A stretch of DNA of 49,274 nucleotides from NCBI GenBank assembly GCA_014380545.1, contig JACMJP010000238.1, positions 1-49,274 of the forward strand, read 5' to 3'. This DNA is from Chitinophagales bacterium (GTDB lineage Bacteria > Bacteroidota > Bacteroidia > Chitinophagales > BACL12). Below are positions 17,382-27,935 of this stretch, in pieces. The notes under the pieces are model-generated. The model saw only the letters and a list, made by a program, of their open reading frames with translations, did no database searches and was not told where the DNA came from. Both the position numbers and the translations under genes were made by a program. Numbering within the stretch: the first letter of the stretch is position 1; every line of letters begins with the position of its first letter.

Positions 17382-19262
17382 TTATTTTATTTGAATGGTT
17401 GTTATTATTTTACCTGTTGATGTGGAAAGCCAAATTTGTCTTGCTTGTTGTTTTATACCATAAGTGGGAGCATACCAGCTATTTTTTATTTCAGGCTTTA
17501 TATCTTTTCCATTTGCATCTTTTGCTACAATTGAAAATTTTTCAAAAAAATGATCACTTATATTCCAAATTTGTTGCATGTTATTTTTTTCCTTTATGCT
17601 ATCTGTAACAATCCATATTGAAGTACTTTTTGATTTTTGAATATTTCTTACTACCGTTTTATACGAACCTGTTTTTCTAAACCCTTTTATAGATGCCTTG
17701 AAAATGTATTTGTCATTTTCGTCCGTTAAAGACGCATAATTCTTTTCGGTCCAATCATAAAAAATAAATCTTCTACCTTTTTCCATCTGATCATATCCAT
17801 TTACCAGAACAGTATTTTGTGATCTGCCACCAAAAAAATAGTTTCTCAAATTTTCTTCAGCATTATACATATACATACCGCAATCCCTCAAAATATTTTC
17901 ACCATTATACCAGATATCAAGATGTAAATTATCTGCTTGTGAAGGCCGATACTTAAAGTCCGTACACCAAAGAAAAGTAAATGCCCCATTTTCCTTTAGT
18001 ACGTAATATCCTCCGGATGAAAATTCATTTATTACCTGTTGTTCTACATTAAAATATTCTTTATTAGTATTTGAATTGCCGAACCAGAGGGTATCTTCAA
18101 ACTCATCTTCAAATAATTTTAAACCCAAACTATTTGCAAGTGCCTGCAATTGTGGCTTGTAATTTTCGAATCCGTTTTCATTGAGAGGAAAAAATAGCGA
18201 CCCGTCATTATTTCCAAAATTCGGCACTCTTCCATTTTGGAGTTGAATAAATGTGTGCTGAAAATATATCGTACTTTTTAATCTGGCAATCACATTTTGT
18301 TCAACTTTAATATTATTTATTTTGCAGAGATTTAAAAACCATGTTGTAAGCTGCGTAGCAATACGCTGATAATTAAATGTATGCTGCAGATACGACCCGT
18401 CTTCTGCGAATTGATATAAAATTTCTTCGGAAAATATCTCATGCCCCTTTTCTTTCCAGATATACGCTTCTTTGAATTCTGGGAAAATTATTCCTGTAGT
18501 AAATAAACATAAGGCTTCTGTAAGTAAATGATTATTGCGCACAAAATTTTTGGAAAAGGAAATATCATCAGATACATGTTTTGCCTGAAAGTAAATACTA
18601 TTTAAAATTTTGTTGAACAGCTTATCATTTAAATATTCGGAATCTTTATAATACTGTAAAACATATATCCAGTTTAAGATGCGCAATGCAATTTCCTGAC
18701 ATGATACATAATTTGGTCCGCAGTTAACGGGATTATTATCTATCCATGATTCAATTTCATTGAGAACAAATTTTGAAGAATCCTTTTCAAAATGATAATC
18801 ATAACGCATTACATCATATATAAAACAAAACCTGGATTTTTCCCAAACAAATTTTATATCACCTTGTTCAGGGGAAAAATCTGCAACTTCTGTCCAATGT
18901 TTTTTTGTATTATATACAAACCCCGTTGAAGGGTTTTGCAGCCATTGCGTAAAATTACTCAGATCAATTATTTGCCCTTGAAAAAATACCAGCTTATTTG
19001 CAAAAATATCCTGCACTTTTTTTTCTAATTGGGGCGATCTGTTTTTATATATATTAATATTATCTCTGTCTTCAATAAAAAAATTTCCTTTTTGTTTTAG
19101 CCATTCATCTTTAGTAAAAAATATTTTCTCTGCCGGATTTACAGGATGTTGCATTTTTAAAATACCCGATCTTCTTTTTATTTCATAAACCACTCTCATA
19201 ATAAAATACCGTACTCCGTTTTTTCGGATGAGCCAGATTGTTTTTCTGATCTTTTCAAACAT
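17382..19262 (-). CDS. Heparinase II/III-like (alginate-lyase fold) protein, apparently cytoplasmic
   Basis: 626 aa. The size and the region NHLLTEALCLFTTG...DGSYLQHTFNYQ...NDGSLFF...HLDIWYNGENIL..GGRSQNTVLVNG resemble the Hepar_II_III N- and C-domains. No N-terminal hydrophobic signal sequence. Confidence 0.65.
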   Translation of the reverse strand: MFEKIRKTIWLIRKNGVRYFIMRVVYEIKRRSGILKMQHPVNPAEKIFFTKDEWLKQKGNFFIEDRDNINIYKNRSPQLEKKVQDIFANKLVFFQGQIIDLSNFTQWLQNPSTGFVYNTKKHWTEVADFSPEQGDIKFVWEKSRFCFIYDVMRYDYHFEKDSSKFVLNEIESWIDNNPVNCGPNYVSCQEIALRILNWIYVLQYYKDSEYLNDKLFNKILNSIYFQAKHVSDDISFSKNFVRNNHLLTEALCLFTTGIIFPEFKEAYIWKEKGHEIFSEEILYQFAEDGSYLQHTFNYQRIATQLTTWFLNLCKINNIKVEQNVIARLKSTIYFQHTFIQLQNGRVPNFGNNDGSLFFPLNENGFENYKPQLQALANSLGLKLFEDEFEDTLWFGNSNTNKEYFNVEQQVINEFSSGGYYVLKENGAFTFLWCTDFKYRPSQADNLHLDIWYNGENILRDCGMYMYNAEENLRNYFFGGRSQNTVLVNGYDQMEKGRRFIFYDWTEKNYASLTDENDKYIFKASIKGFRKTGSYKTVVRNIQKSKSTSIWIVTDSIKEKNNMQQIWNISDHFFEKFSIVAKDANGKDIKPEIKNSWYAPTYGIKQQARQIWLSTSTGKIITTIQIK

Positions 19263-21173
19263 TTAATGAGAGCCATTTGCAAATTGTTCCATCCAGCTTT
19301 GAATTGCAAGGATAGTGAGAATGGTATACGACGCATCTATTTTTGCATCTTTATTATCCTTTATTAATTTTAATACTGAATCAAACTGAAATATTCCCTG
19401 CTCCCTTAATAATTTCGGGTTCAATCTTTCGTATATCATTTCATCAAGGTCATGCATTATCCATTTTCTAACAGGTGCGCCAAAACCTGTTTTTGAACGA
19501 TGCACAATTTCATCAGGTAAATATTTTTTTGAAAGCTGGCGCAACAAATATTTTGTAGTGAGACCCTTCATTTTATATTTTACAGGTAAATGCATCGCAA
19601 AATTAACCAACTCAAGATCTAAAAAAGGAACCCGCACTTCTACTCCGCAAGCCATTCCCATTTTATCTGTATAATTTAAATTATGATCTACTAAAAATGT
19701 TTTCAAATCAAGAAATAACATTTTGTTTAATGTATCAGTATCCTCAGGCAATTGTTTTAATAAACGAAATAAGTATTCATCAGGATCATAATCAATTAAT
19801 GTTTGTTGCACATCCAATGTAAATAAATTTAAATGCTCTTTCACAGGGAACCATTCAAAATATCCAACGATACGATGCAATTTTTCGAATGAGCTATGTT
19901 TTAATAATTTACTGATACGCCGCACACTCGGATTTTGAAAGTTTCTTTTCTGCAATGCATCCCCAACCCACTGCATCATAAAACCCGGAACATATTGCAG
20001 ATATTTATCAAAAAATAAAGCCTGATGCCTTCTGTAGCCTGAAAACAGATCATCACCGCCTACACCACTCAACATTACTTTAATTCCATTTTGAATGGCT
20101 GCATTGCAAACATTTTGAACATACAATGGCGCAACATCGGCCTGTGGCTCATCCAGATGCCAGATCATTTTATCAAAATCCTTCAATATATCAATATTAC
20201 CATCCACCACATGTAGTTTCACATTTGTATGATCCGCAACCATTTTTGCATAATTAAAATCATCTGTAAATCCTTCAGGTGCAAGTTCATCATTTTGTTT
20301 AATTGTAAAACAGTCCATTTCTTTTTCAGGATATAGCCGTCTTGCTGCAGATACAACCAAACTTGAATCAATTCCTCCGGATAAAAAAAATCCATACGGC
20401 ACATCGCTTAATAATTGGCGGTCTACACTTTGAGAAAAGGTTTCATTTAATTGCTGCAGAACATCTTTTTCTTTAGCCTGTTTTATTTGGTCAATTGGTA
20501 ATTGATAATATTGTACTTTGCTGAAAGTTGATTGAACATCATCCACTAAGCATGTTATATAATTACCCGGTAATAATTTATAAACAAAGCTGAAAGGTGT
20601 CATCTCTCCCGGTGACCATAAAAACTGCAAGTAATTTGTAAGTGCAGGGTAGTTAATTTGTTTATCAATACCCGGAAGTTTTATAATTGCCTTTATTTCT
20701 GAACAAAAAATAAATGTTTTATCTAGAAAGTAATAATACAATGGTTTAACACCTAACTGATCCCTTGCAACAAATATTTCTTTTTTTTGGTTATCGTAAA
20801 TTGAAAATGCGAAAATACCGTTGAGTTTTTGAAGTATTTTTTCACCATACGCAATATAACCATACAAAACTGTTTCGGTATCGCTTGTAGAATTAAATTG
20901 AAACCCGGTTGCCTGTAACTGTTTCCTGATTTCCCAATGGTTATAGATTTCACCATTAAATATAATAATATATCTCCCACTGGCATCATACATTGGCTGG
21001 CTTCCCTTTTCAGATATATCCTGTATAACCAGGCGATGGTTCCCAAGAAAAATATTTTCGTCATCATGATAACCCGAATGATCTGAACCACGGTGTTTTA
21101 TGAATGCAAATGCCTGCAAAATATCCGCCCTCTCATACCTTCTGGCTTTAACAATTCCTAATATTCCACACAT
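19263..21173 (-). CDS. Asparagine synthase-like glutamine amidotransferase (AsnB/WbpS/WbpG family)
   Basis: MCGILGIV Ntn catalytic Cys2. SGGIDSS PP-loop ATP pyrophosphatase motif. 636 aa. Confidence 0.85.
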   Translation of the reverse strand: MCGILGIVKARRYERADILQAFAFIKHRGSDHSGYHDDENIFLGNHRLVIQDISEKGSQPMYDASGRYIIIFNGEIYNHWEIRKQLQATGFQFNSTSDTETVLYGYIAYGEKILQKLNGIFAFSIYDNQKKEIFVARDQLGVKPLYYYFLDKTFIFCSEIKAIIKLPGIDKQINYPALTNYLQFLWSPGEMTPFSFVYKLLPGNYITCLVDDVQSTFSKVQYYQLPIDQIKQAKEKDVLQQLNETFSQSVDRQLLSDVPYGFFLSGGIDSSLVVSAARRLYPEKEMDCFTIKQNDELAPEGFTDDFNYAKMVADHTNVKLHVVDGNIDILKDFDKMIWHLDEPQADVAPLYVQNVCNAAIQNGIKVMLSGVGGDDLFSGYRRHQALFFDKYLQYVPGFMMQWVGDALQKRNFQNPSVRRISKLLKHSSFEKLHRIVGYFEWFPVKEHLNLFTLDVQQTLIDYDPDEYLFRLLKQLPEDTDTLNKMLFLDLKTFLVDHNLNYTDKMGMACGVEVRVPFLDLELVNFAMHLPVKYKMKGLTTKYLLRQLSKKYLPDEIVHRSKTGFGAPVRKWIMHDLDEMIYERLNPKLLREQGIFQFDSVLKLIKDNKDAKIDASYTILTILAIQSWMEQFANGSH

Positions 21174-21180
21174 ATAATTA

Positions 21181-23301
21181 TTAAATAAGAACGGGTTGAT
21201 TCAACTGCATGCTATTTATTACGGCAAAAGTTGCATTCATAGAATTGAAAATTGTGTTCAGTGCAGGCATACTGTTATTTCCTGTTTGCACCGAGTCTAT
21301 AAATTGTTTCCATTGGTTATAATGCCCCTTGTCCTGTTTTGATGCTGAAGAAGAAAAATTATTAAACCCGAATCCTTGCATTTTGCGAAAGTTATCAATA
21401 ATGAGGGTTTTCTCTGTATTAAATATTTCGATGCGTTCTTTACTATATGATTTGTTACCGTTTGAAAAATATTGTACAGTTGCCTGTGCACCATTTTTCA
21501 TTTTCAAATTAATAATAACATTATCTGTGTCTTTACTAAAATCATTTCCAAGATAAGATGCATATACCTGTACAATATCGCTATTGCAAATACATGCAGC
21601 AAGATCAATAAAATGACATGCCTCTCCAATAATTCTTCCACCCCCTGTCTGTACATCATGTAACCAGGAATCATTCGGTAATAAACCTGCGTTTACTGTA
21701 ATTATTAAATTTGTTTTTGATGAGTCCTTAATTAATTGTTTTACTTTTTGAACAGCCGGAGCATATCGTCTGTTAAAACCAACTGCAAGAATTTTTGTGT
21801 AATTATTTTCTTTTATTGTGTCTGCAATTTGAATTAATTCATCCTCACGAATGCATAATGGCTTCTCAACAAATATGTTTTTTCCGGCATGTATGGCATC
21901 TATACAAATTTGTGCATGCGTTTCGTGGCGGGTCGTAATAATCACTGAATCCACATCCGGATCATTTAAAATGTTTTTGTAATCTGATGTTGCATTTTGA
22001 ATACGATATTTTTTTGCAAGTACAGCAGCATCCAATCCATCAGTATTAGCAATATATTTTATTTGTGCATGCAGATCAGTTAAAAGCGGAAGCAGGGTCA
22101 TTTTTGTGAAATTGCCCGCTCCTATAATACCAATTATTCCAGCACTTTTAGAAAATTGTTTTGTATCAAAATGAATAATATTTTTTCTGTCCGTATTGTC
22201 CGGATATTTTATTATTGTTGCAAGTACATCGTCATTTCGCAGATCATTATAAACTTTGTCAACTTCAGAAAGATCAATCGTATTTGTAATAAGTGATGTT
22301 ACATCAATTCTTTTTTCCTCTATTGCCTGTAATATTGCTTCAAAATTTCTTTTCGCTGTCCAGCGAACATACGGATAAGGATAATCTAAACCCTTTTCTT
22401 CATACTCATCATCATATCTTCCCGGACCGTAAGACGCAGAAACCTGGAAGCTGATCTCCTTTTTATAAAAATCATCCCTGTTTAATTGTAAACCAACAAC
22501 ACCCACCAACACAACTTTTCCTTTTTTCCTGCAGCATTTAGCAGCAAGCGAAATAACATCATCACTTTTTGTAGACGCAGTAATAATTACTGCGTCAGCT
22601 CCAAAATTATTTGTAGCAGCATTAATATAAGTAAAGCAGTTGTTTGAGTCATTACTGTTAAGTGAAATGATGTTTTTATTTTCAGCATACTCAAGCCTTT
22701 TATTATTTACGTCTATTCCAATAACATTACATCCGTTTGATCTCAAGAGATCGCATGTAATTAATCCAACCAAACCTAAACCTATCACAACTACTGTTTC
22801 CCCTAATTGTGGTTGCGTTAAACGAATTCCGTGCAATGCAACAGCCCCTATAATTGCACAACTTGCTGCATCATAATTTACATGCTCAGGAATTTTAGCA
22901 ACCAGGTTTTTAGGCACACAAACAATCTCAGCATGATGTCCGTTAGACGCAACTCTGTCACCTATTTTTATTCCATCAACATTTTTTCCAACAGCAATTA
23001 CTTCACCGGCGTTACAATATCCGAGCGGCATAGGTTCATCCAATCTCCTGAAAATAGTTTCAATGGTTGGAAATAACCCATCTGATTTAATTTTATCCAA
23101 AACCTGTTTTACTTTTTCAGGCTGTTGCCTTGCCTTATTTATTAAATTATACCTGCTGAATTCAACAAGCATGCGCTCTGTTCCTACAGAAATAAGACTG
23201 CGGTGTGTTTTAATTAATATATATCCCGGTTTAACAACAGGGTCCGGGATTTCTTCCAATATTGTTGCACCTGTTTTTAAATTTAATATTACCTGTTTCA
23301 A
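21181..23301 (-). CDS. Bi-domain oxidoreductase (N-terminal MDR/zinc-ADH-like domain plus C-terminal Gfo/Idh/MocA domain)
   Basis: 706 aa. N-terminal GroES-like and VVVIGLGLVGL Rossmann. Second Rossmann IGIIGAGNF with FVEKPL, characteristic of Gfo/Idh/MocA. TTG start. Confidence 0.75.
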   Translation of the reverse strand: MKQVILNLKTGATILEEIPDPVVKPGYILIKTHRSLISVGTERMLVEFSRYNLINKARQQPEKVKQVLDKIKSDGLFPTIETIFRRLDEPMPLGYCNAGEVIAVGKNVDGIKIGDRVASNGHHAEIVCVPKNLVAKIPEHVNYDAASCAIIGAVALHGIRLTQPQLGETVVVIGLGLVGLITCDLLRSNGCNVIGIDVNNKRLEYAENKNIISLNSNDSNNCFTYINAATNNFGADAVIITASTKSDDVISLAAKCCRKKGKVVLVGVVGLQLNRDDFYKKEISFQVSASYGPGRYDDEYEEKGLDYPYPYVRWTAKRNFEAILQAIEEKRIDVTSLITNTIDLSEVDKVYNDLRNDDVLATIIKYPDNTDRKNIIHFDTKQFSKSAGIIGIIGAGNFTKMTLLPLLTDLHAQIKYIANTDGLDAAVLAKKYRIQNATSDYKNILNDPDVDSVIITTRHETHAQICIDAIHAGKNIFVEKPLCIREDELIQIADTIKENNYTKILAVGFNRRYAPAVQKVKQLIKDSSKTNLIITVNAGLLPNDSWLHDVQTGGGRIIGEACHFIDLAACICNSDIVQVYASYLGNDFSKDTDNVIINLKMKNGAQATVQYFSNGNKSYSKERIEIFNTEKTLIIDNFRKMQGFGFNNFSSSASKQDKGHYNQWKQFIDSVQTGNNSMPALNTIFNSMNATFAVINSMQLNQPVLI

Positions 23302-23310
23302 AGAAAGTAT

Positions 23311-24444
23311 TTATTTCAGAATTTCTTTTTTATTCTTTTTTATCCATTGTACAATTCTCCATGAGGCTTTTCCATCACCATATGGATTAATTGACTGGGA
23401 CATTTTTTTATATACATTTTTATCCTGATATAATGTATCAACAAATCTCACAATTTTATTTTTATTAGTTCCTACTAAATGCACAGTTCCGGATTTTACA
23501 GCTTCAGGTCTTTCTGTAACATTGCGCATTACAAGCACAGGCTTACCAAGTGAGGGTGCTTCTTCCTGTATGCCTCCTGAATCAGTAAGGATGATCCAGG
23601 AATTTTTCATAGCAAAAATAAAATCAGGATACTCTAATGGTTCAATGAGATGGATGTTTTTTATATCACTTAATAGTTCAAGGACAGGTTTTTGTACGTT
23701 AGGATTCAAGTGAACCGGGTAGACAATTTCTACATCGTGATATTTTTCAGCAATTGTTTTTAATGCATTGCAAATATCAATAAACCCGCTGCCAAAATTT
23801 TCTCTTCGATGTCCTGTAACTAAAATTATTTTCTTTTTCTTCTTAAATATATCTTCAATTCCGGTTCTTCTTGTTTTTGCAGAAAACGACTTCACTTTTT
23901 TAGTTGCATATAATAATGCATCTATAACTGTATTGCCCGTTTTAATAATATTCTTTTTTGCAATTCCTTCCACAAGAAGATTTTGTACATTTTTTTCTGT
24001 GGGGGCAAAATGGTATGTCGCAAGTTTTGCAGTTAAAACCCTGTTTGCCTCTTCAGGAAATGGTTCCTGCAAATTAAATGTACGCATCCCTGCTTCTATA
24101 TGCGCAACTTTTATTTGCAGATAAAATGCGGCAAGGGTTGCTGTAAAACATGTAGTAGTATCACCGTGTACTATGACAAGATCTGGTTGATATTGTTTAT
24201 ATATTTCCGTTATTTTCTGCAGCACATCACCCGTAATTGAAGATAAATTTTGCCCCTGTTTCATAATATTAAGGTCATAATCAGGCTCGATGGAAAAAAA
24301 ATGCAATACCTGGTCCAGCATTTCCCGATGCTGTGCTGTTACACAAACTTTATGTTGAATAGTTTTTTCCGTTGATAATTTTTTTATCAGCATCGCCATT
24401 TTAATTGCTTCAGGTCTTGTTCCAAAAACGGTTAGTATTTTCAT
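23311..24444 (-). CDS. wecB: UDP-N-acetylglucosamine 2-epimerase (non-hydrolysing type)
   Basis: MKILTVFGTRPEAIKMA, HGDTTT, TDSGGIQEEAPSLGKPVLVMR are hallmark WecB/Epimerase_2 motifs. Confidence 0.9.
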   Translation of the reverse strand: MKILTVFGTRPEAIKMAMLIKKLSTEKTIQHKVCVTAQHREMLDQVLHFFSIEPDYDLNIMKQGQNLSSITGDVLQKITEIYKQYQPDLVIVHGDTTTCFTATLAAFYLQIKVAHIEAGMRTFNLQEPFPEEANRVLTAKLATYHFAPTEKNVQNLLVEGIAKKNIIKTGNTVIDALLYATKKVKSFSAKTRRTGIEDIFKKKKKIILVTGHRRENFGSGFIDICNALKTIAEKYHDVEIVYPVHLNPNVQKPVLELLSDIKNIHLIEPLEYPDFIFAMKNSWIILTDSGGIQEEAPSLGKPVLVMRNVTERPEAVKSGTVHLVGTNKNKIVRFVDTLYQDKNVYKKMSQSINPYGDGKASWRIVQWIKKNKKEILK

Positions 24445-24455
24445 TTGCTATTCAA

Positions 24456-25742
24456 TTAGCTGTAAACATGTTTTCTTTCCTGCATCCTTTTTCCGTAAAA
24501 TCTTTCCTTTAATGTGATTTCTTCTTGCTTAGAAACTGGTTTAATGTTGTATAATAGTAAAAAAATAAACCATGGATAGAAAAGAAACTGCCCCCCCGTA
24601 ATATTTGCTTCAAAATAAGGAATAACTATAAAAGGTGGTATAGAAATGAAATATTTGGAATAATATAACGTATAAAAGTATAGTGGGCGAAACAACATAA
24701 AATTTAAAAATAATATAAATAAAATAACTCCGCCGCCGAAAAGTATTTCAAAATATGAATTATGATAATCTGATAATTGATTTCCCGGTATTACTTCAGC
24801 ATAATTAAACATGCCTGCGCCAGTAAACCACTTCCATTTGCTTTCATTAAAATAACCGGTAGCTGTTTCTGCTACATCAAATCTTGCTTCACCCTGTTCC
24901 ATTTGTTTTTCAGTATCATTTAACCGCATATTTAATGATGATTCTGGTATTGCTGCTATCCATATTATTATTAACACCGGAATTATTAAAATAAGGATTT
25001 TAAAGTCGGTACGGATAATTTTCAATTTTAAAACAAATATCATTAATGCAAGAATAAGTGAGAGCCATGAGCTTCTATTGCCTGAAATTAGCAGAAGATA
25101 CATTGCGATAATTGAAAATGTAATAAGAAAACCTCTATACAGATAGCGAGTCTTATTGTTTAAAAGGATATCTATTGAGGTGAGAATAAAAATACAACTA
25201 GCCCACCCATAGTGATTTGATATGAAAAATTGCCCCTCCTGCCCACCCTCCCCGTATATATTCATATTTCCCAGTCCCCGGCCCGTTATTAAAAAAGAAA
25301 TTACTGGAATTATATATATAATGTTAAATGCTTTTATAAAGGCTCTTAGCAAAGCAAATAATTCATATTTCTGAATTAAGTTATGCAATGCAATATATAC
25401 ATAAAGAAATGGTATAAGGAATTCCAAAGATCTTCTTAAGGAATACATGACATCTTTGGCAAAAAATGACATGAGTATAGTCCAAAATGTAAATACTAAA
25501 ATATAAATAATAGAGGGGCTGTGAAATGCCCTTCTTGTAAAATTTATGTCTTTAAATAAAACAAATATTGAAAGGAAAAGGACGAGGCTTTTTACAGTTT
25601 TCATAAAAGCAATAGTTGCACCTCCGGTAGCAACACTTAATCCATACCCAATAATAACCAAAGCCCCATTTATGAACAAAAAAATAAAATCCTGATTTAA
25701 GAATATATTTTGTTTTTTAGGTGATAAATTCCTATATATCAA
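24456..25742 (-). CDS. O-antigen polymerase / ligase-family membrane protein (Wzy-like)
   Basis: 428 aa, about 10 or more TM helices. Large loop with LISGNRSSWLSLILAL (Wzy_C-like). TTG start overlapping the upstream stop by 4 nt. Confidence 0.65.
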   Translation of the reverse strand: MIYRNLSPKKQNIFLNQDFIFLFINGALVIIGYGLSVATGGATIAFMKTVKSLVLFLSIFVLFKDINFTRRAFHSPSIIYILVFTFWTILMSFFAKDVMYSLRRSLEFLIPFLYVYIALHNLIQKYELFALLRAFIKAFNIIYIIPVISFLITGRGLGNMNIYGEGGQEGQFFISNHYGWASCIFILTSIDILLNNKTRYLYRGFLITFSIIAMYLLLISGNRSSWLSLILALMIFVLKLKIIRTDFKILILIIPVLIIIWIAAIPESSLNMRLNDTEKQMEQGEARFDVAETATGYFNESKWKWFTGAGMFNYAEVIPGNQLSDYHNSYFEILFGGGVILFILFLNFMLFRPLYFYTLYYSKYFISIPPFIVIPYFEANITGGQFLFYPWFIFLLLYNIKPVSKQEEITLKERFYGKRMQERKHVYS

Positions 25743-26842
25743 TCAGAAATTATTTTTGAAAATGTAGTAAATAAATTTTCCATCGAGAATTTTTTTATTT
25801 GAAGGTATGCCAGCTCAGCTTTTTGCTTTCGTAATTCTGTATTTGTCATATATTCTTGAAAGGCCTTTACTAATTGTCCGGAATCAGACGGATCTACAAG
25901 CCAGCCTGCATTTCCATAATCCATCACTTCAGGTATTCCGCCAACATTCGTGGATATTATGGCGCATCCAAAATACATTGCTTCAACATTTGCAATTCCA
26001 AATGCTTCCTTATAAGAGGGGACACAAAAAATATCGGCCTGTTGCATGAGGGTGTAAACTTTCTGTTGCGTTATTATGCCTTTAAATTCTATTTCAATAT
26101 CATTTTTTTTTATTGCACTCCTTATTTCTGCCTCGGCTTCCGCATCAGGACCAGCTATTATTAATTTCACTTTACTATCTATTTTATGCAGTGCGTCAAT
26201 CAGCGTAAATAACCCACCTCTCTCATAGTCATTTTTGACAAATAATACTAAAGGTATCAGGTTATTTTTTTTTACGAGAGGCGGATCTGAAACGTTAAGT
26301 TCAATACTCTTATATAACCTGTATATTTTATGTTGTGATGTGGGATATTTTTTTGCGATATGTTCTTTCATATAATCGGAATTAACGACAATTTTTCTGA
26401 ATAGAATACAACTTATTCTTTCCAGAATATAAAATACATGAAATTTATTCCACCGGAATTTGAACCAAGCATCTTTCCATGAAACAGATGAGTTTGTATC
26501 ATCATTTATAAACCCAATAGAATTTTTAAACCATACAGCGCTCCAAAGTCCGACTAATGCGTTGTTGTAAATAAGCACTTCAAAATCAAATTCTTTTTTT
26601 ATCTCCATTGCTCTTTTATGATATTGAAACATTCTGAATACTTGCCCGAGCAGGCGAAATATTCTTGGTATTTTTAAGTGCTGTTTATAAACTGATCCCG
26701 ATATCTCTTCATCTACATCTTCTGTCAGTATCCGAACTTCCACATTATAATTCTTTCTGTTAATATCTAAAATAATATTAGCAAATTTTGCGGGGCCATT
26801 AGTGATATTCAAAAATGCATTAGTGCATAACAATACTTTCAT
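25739..26842 (-). CDS. Family 4 glycosyltransferase
   Basis: C-terminal PSYKEAFGIANVEAMYFGCAIISTNVGGIPEV is the GT4 E-x7-E region. Confidence 0.85.
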   Translation of the reverse strand: MKVLLCTNAFLNITNGPAKFANIILDINRKNYNVEVRILTEDVDEEISGSVYKQHLKIPRIFRLLGQVFRMFQYHKRAMEIKKEFDFEVLIYNNALVGLWSAVWFKNSIGFINDDTNSSVSWKDAWFKFRWNKFHVFYILERISCILFRKIVVNSDYMKEHIAKKYPTSQHKIYRLYKSIELNVSDPPLVKKNNLIPLVLFVKNDYERGGLFTLIDALHKIDSKVKLIIAGPDAEAEAEIRSAIKKNDIEIEFKGIITQQKVYTLMQQADIFCVPSYKEAFGIANVEAMYFGCAIISTNVGGIPEVMDYGNAGWLVDPSDSGQLVKAFQEYMTNTELRKQKAELAYLQIKKFSMENLFTTFSKIISD

Positions 26843-27885
26843 AAATTATGCACGGCTATTAATCTGTTTTCAATATTTTCCCAGGTGCATGCATTTACAA
26901 GTGATTCAGGAAAAAGAAATTTCCCTTTCAGTTCTTTTAACATTTCCACTACTTTATTTATATCCTGCAAATGATATGCTTCCAGCACAAAGCCTAGTTT
27001 TTCGTTTTTTACAAATCGGGAAGCTTTTACTTCTGCATTTATGATTACAGGTGTGCGAACCTGAATTGAATCGTAAATTTTATTCGGGCTTGCATTAATA
27101 TTATTTTCATTTACAGGCGCATACATACATAAAATATAATCTGCTTCATTTGCAGCAATTTTTTGAATTTCTGATTGTGTTAAAACGCCACGGAAATCCA
27201 CCCTTTCATTTATTACAAGGTTTTTAGCCATTTCATCATGTGCCCAGCCCGCCATAATTATTTTTATTTTTTCAAACAATAGGAGCTCCTGTAAAACATA
27301 TAGCCCCCGATTTACAGCTATTGCACCATTAAAAAATATCGTAAGATCATGTCCATTTGGTCTTTTATTCCATGGACCGTTATATCGGTAAGGGTAATTT
27401 TCTAAAATGATAGTCTTTTTTTGAAAAAAAACAGGCAAAAGGTTTTTCCTGCTCTCATCTGTAACAATTATTTTGTTAACAGGCAGGTATATAACCCATT
27501 TCAACCATCTCAATTTATTACCGCCCTTGTTCTTCAATAAAAAAATAGAATCAAAGAGGTCAAGTACTGTGTGTTTAAAAAATAAGAGTGGATAAAAAAA
27601 TATCATTAATTGTTCGTTCAAAACATGAATTGAATGAATTCGCTTTGTCAGTAATATAAAAAATACAAAGAAAAAATGTCTCGCTAATGTTGGCACAGTG
27701 TTCCTTTTTCCATTAATGAGGTGAAACATTGCACTGTGATTTTTTGCGAAATTCGTGTCGCTCATCTTTCCTACTCCTGAATAAATTACATCGTAATGGA
27801 CAGATAAACTTTTCACTTCTTTATAAACCCGCACATCAGATCCATCATTCGTGCTAATGTAAAGTATACGTTTTCTATTGTTCAC
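26839..27885 (-). CDS. GT-B-like glycosyltransferase, tandem paralog A (348 aa)
   Basis: Aligns along its full length with the next gene. Shared blocks: SIHV.NEQLMIFFYPLLF, GNKLRWLK, KIIVTDE.RKN, NENNINASPNKIYD, TPVIINAEVK, CTWENIENRL. GTG start. Confidence 0.6.
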   Translation of the reverse strand: MNNRKRILYISTNDGSDVRVYKEVKSLSVHYDVIYSGVGKMSDTNFAKNHSAMFHLINGKRNTVPTLARHFFFVFFILLTKRIHSIHVLNEQLMIFFYPLLFFKHTVLDLFDSIFLLKNKGGNKLRWLKWVIYLPVNKIIVTDESRKNLLPVFFQKKTIILENYPYRYNGPWNKRPNGHDLTIFFNGAIAVNRGLYVLQELLLFEKIKIIMAGWAHDEMAKNLVINERVDFRGVLTQSEIQKIAANEADYILCMYAPVNENNINASPNKIYDSIQVRTPVIINAEVKASRFVKNEKLGFVLEAYHLQDINKVVEMLKELKGKFLFPESLVNACTWENIENRLIAVHNL

Positions 27886-27935
27886 TGATATAAATTCTTT
27901 TGCTGCTGGAAGTTATTACAAGAAAAAAAATGTTA

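Noticed and set aside
17382-19262. The heparinase II/III-like gene as part of a polysaccharide utilisation locus (PUL).
   Set aside because: There is no SusC/SusD pair, no signal peptide on the protein, and it is embedded with 0-1 nt spacing between biosynthetic genes. A biosynthetic role is more plausible than glycan foraging.
21329-23428. Several 60-120 aa + strand ORFs (21329-21556, 21472-21663, 22640-22876, 22831-23076, 23063-23428), antisense to the bi-domain oxidoreductase and wecB.
   Set aside because: All are antisense to strongly supported genes, have no recognisable motifs, and have hydrophobic low-complexity translations. The same applies to the other short antisense or alternate-frame ORFs in the track, for example 704-916, 4038-4319, 16098-16397, 31818-32138 and 39260-39538.
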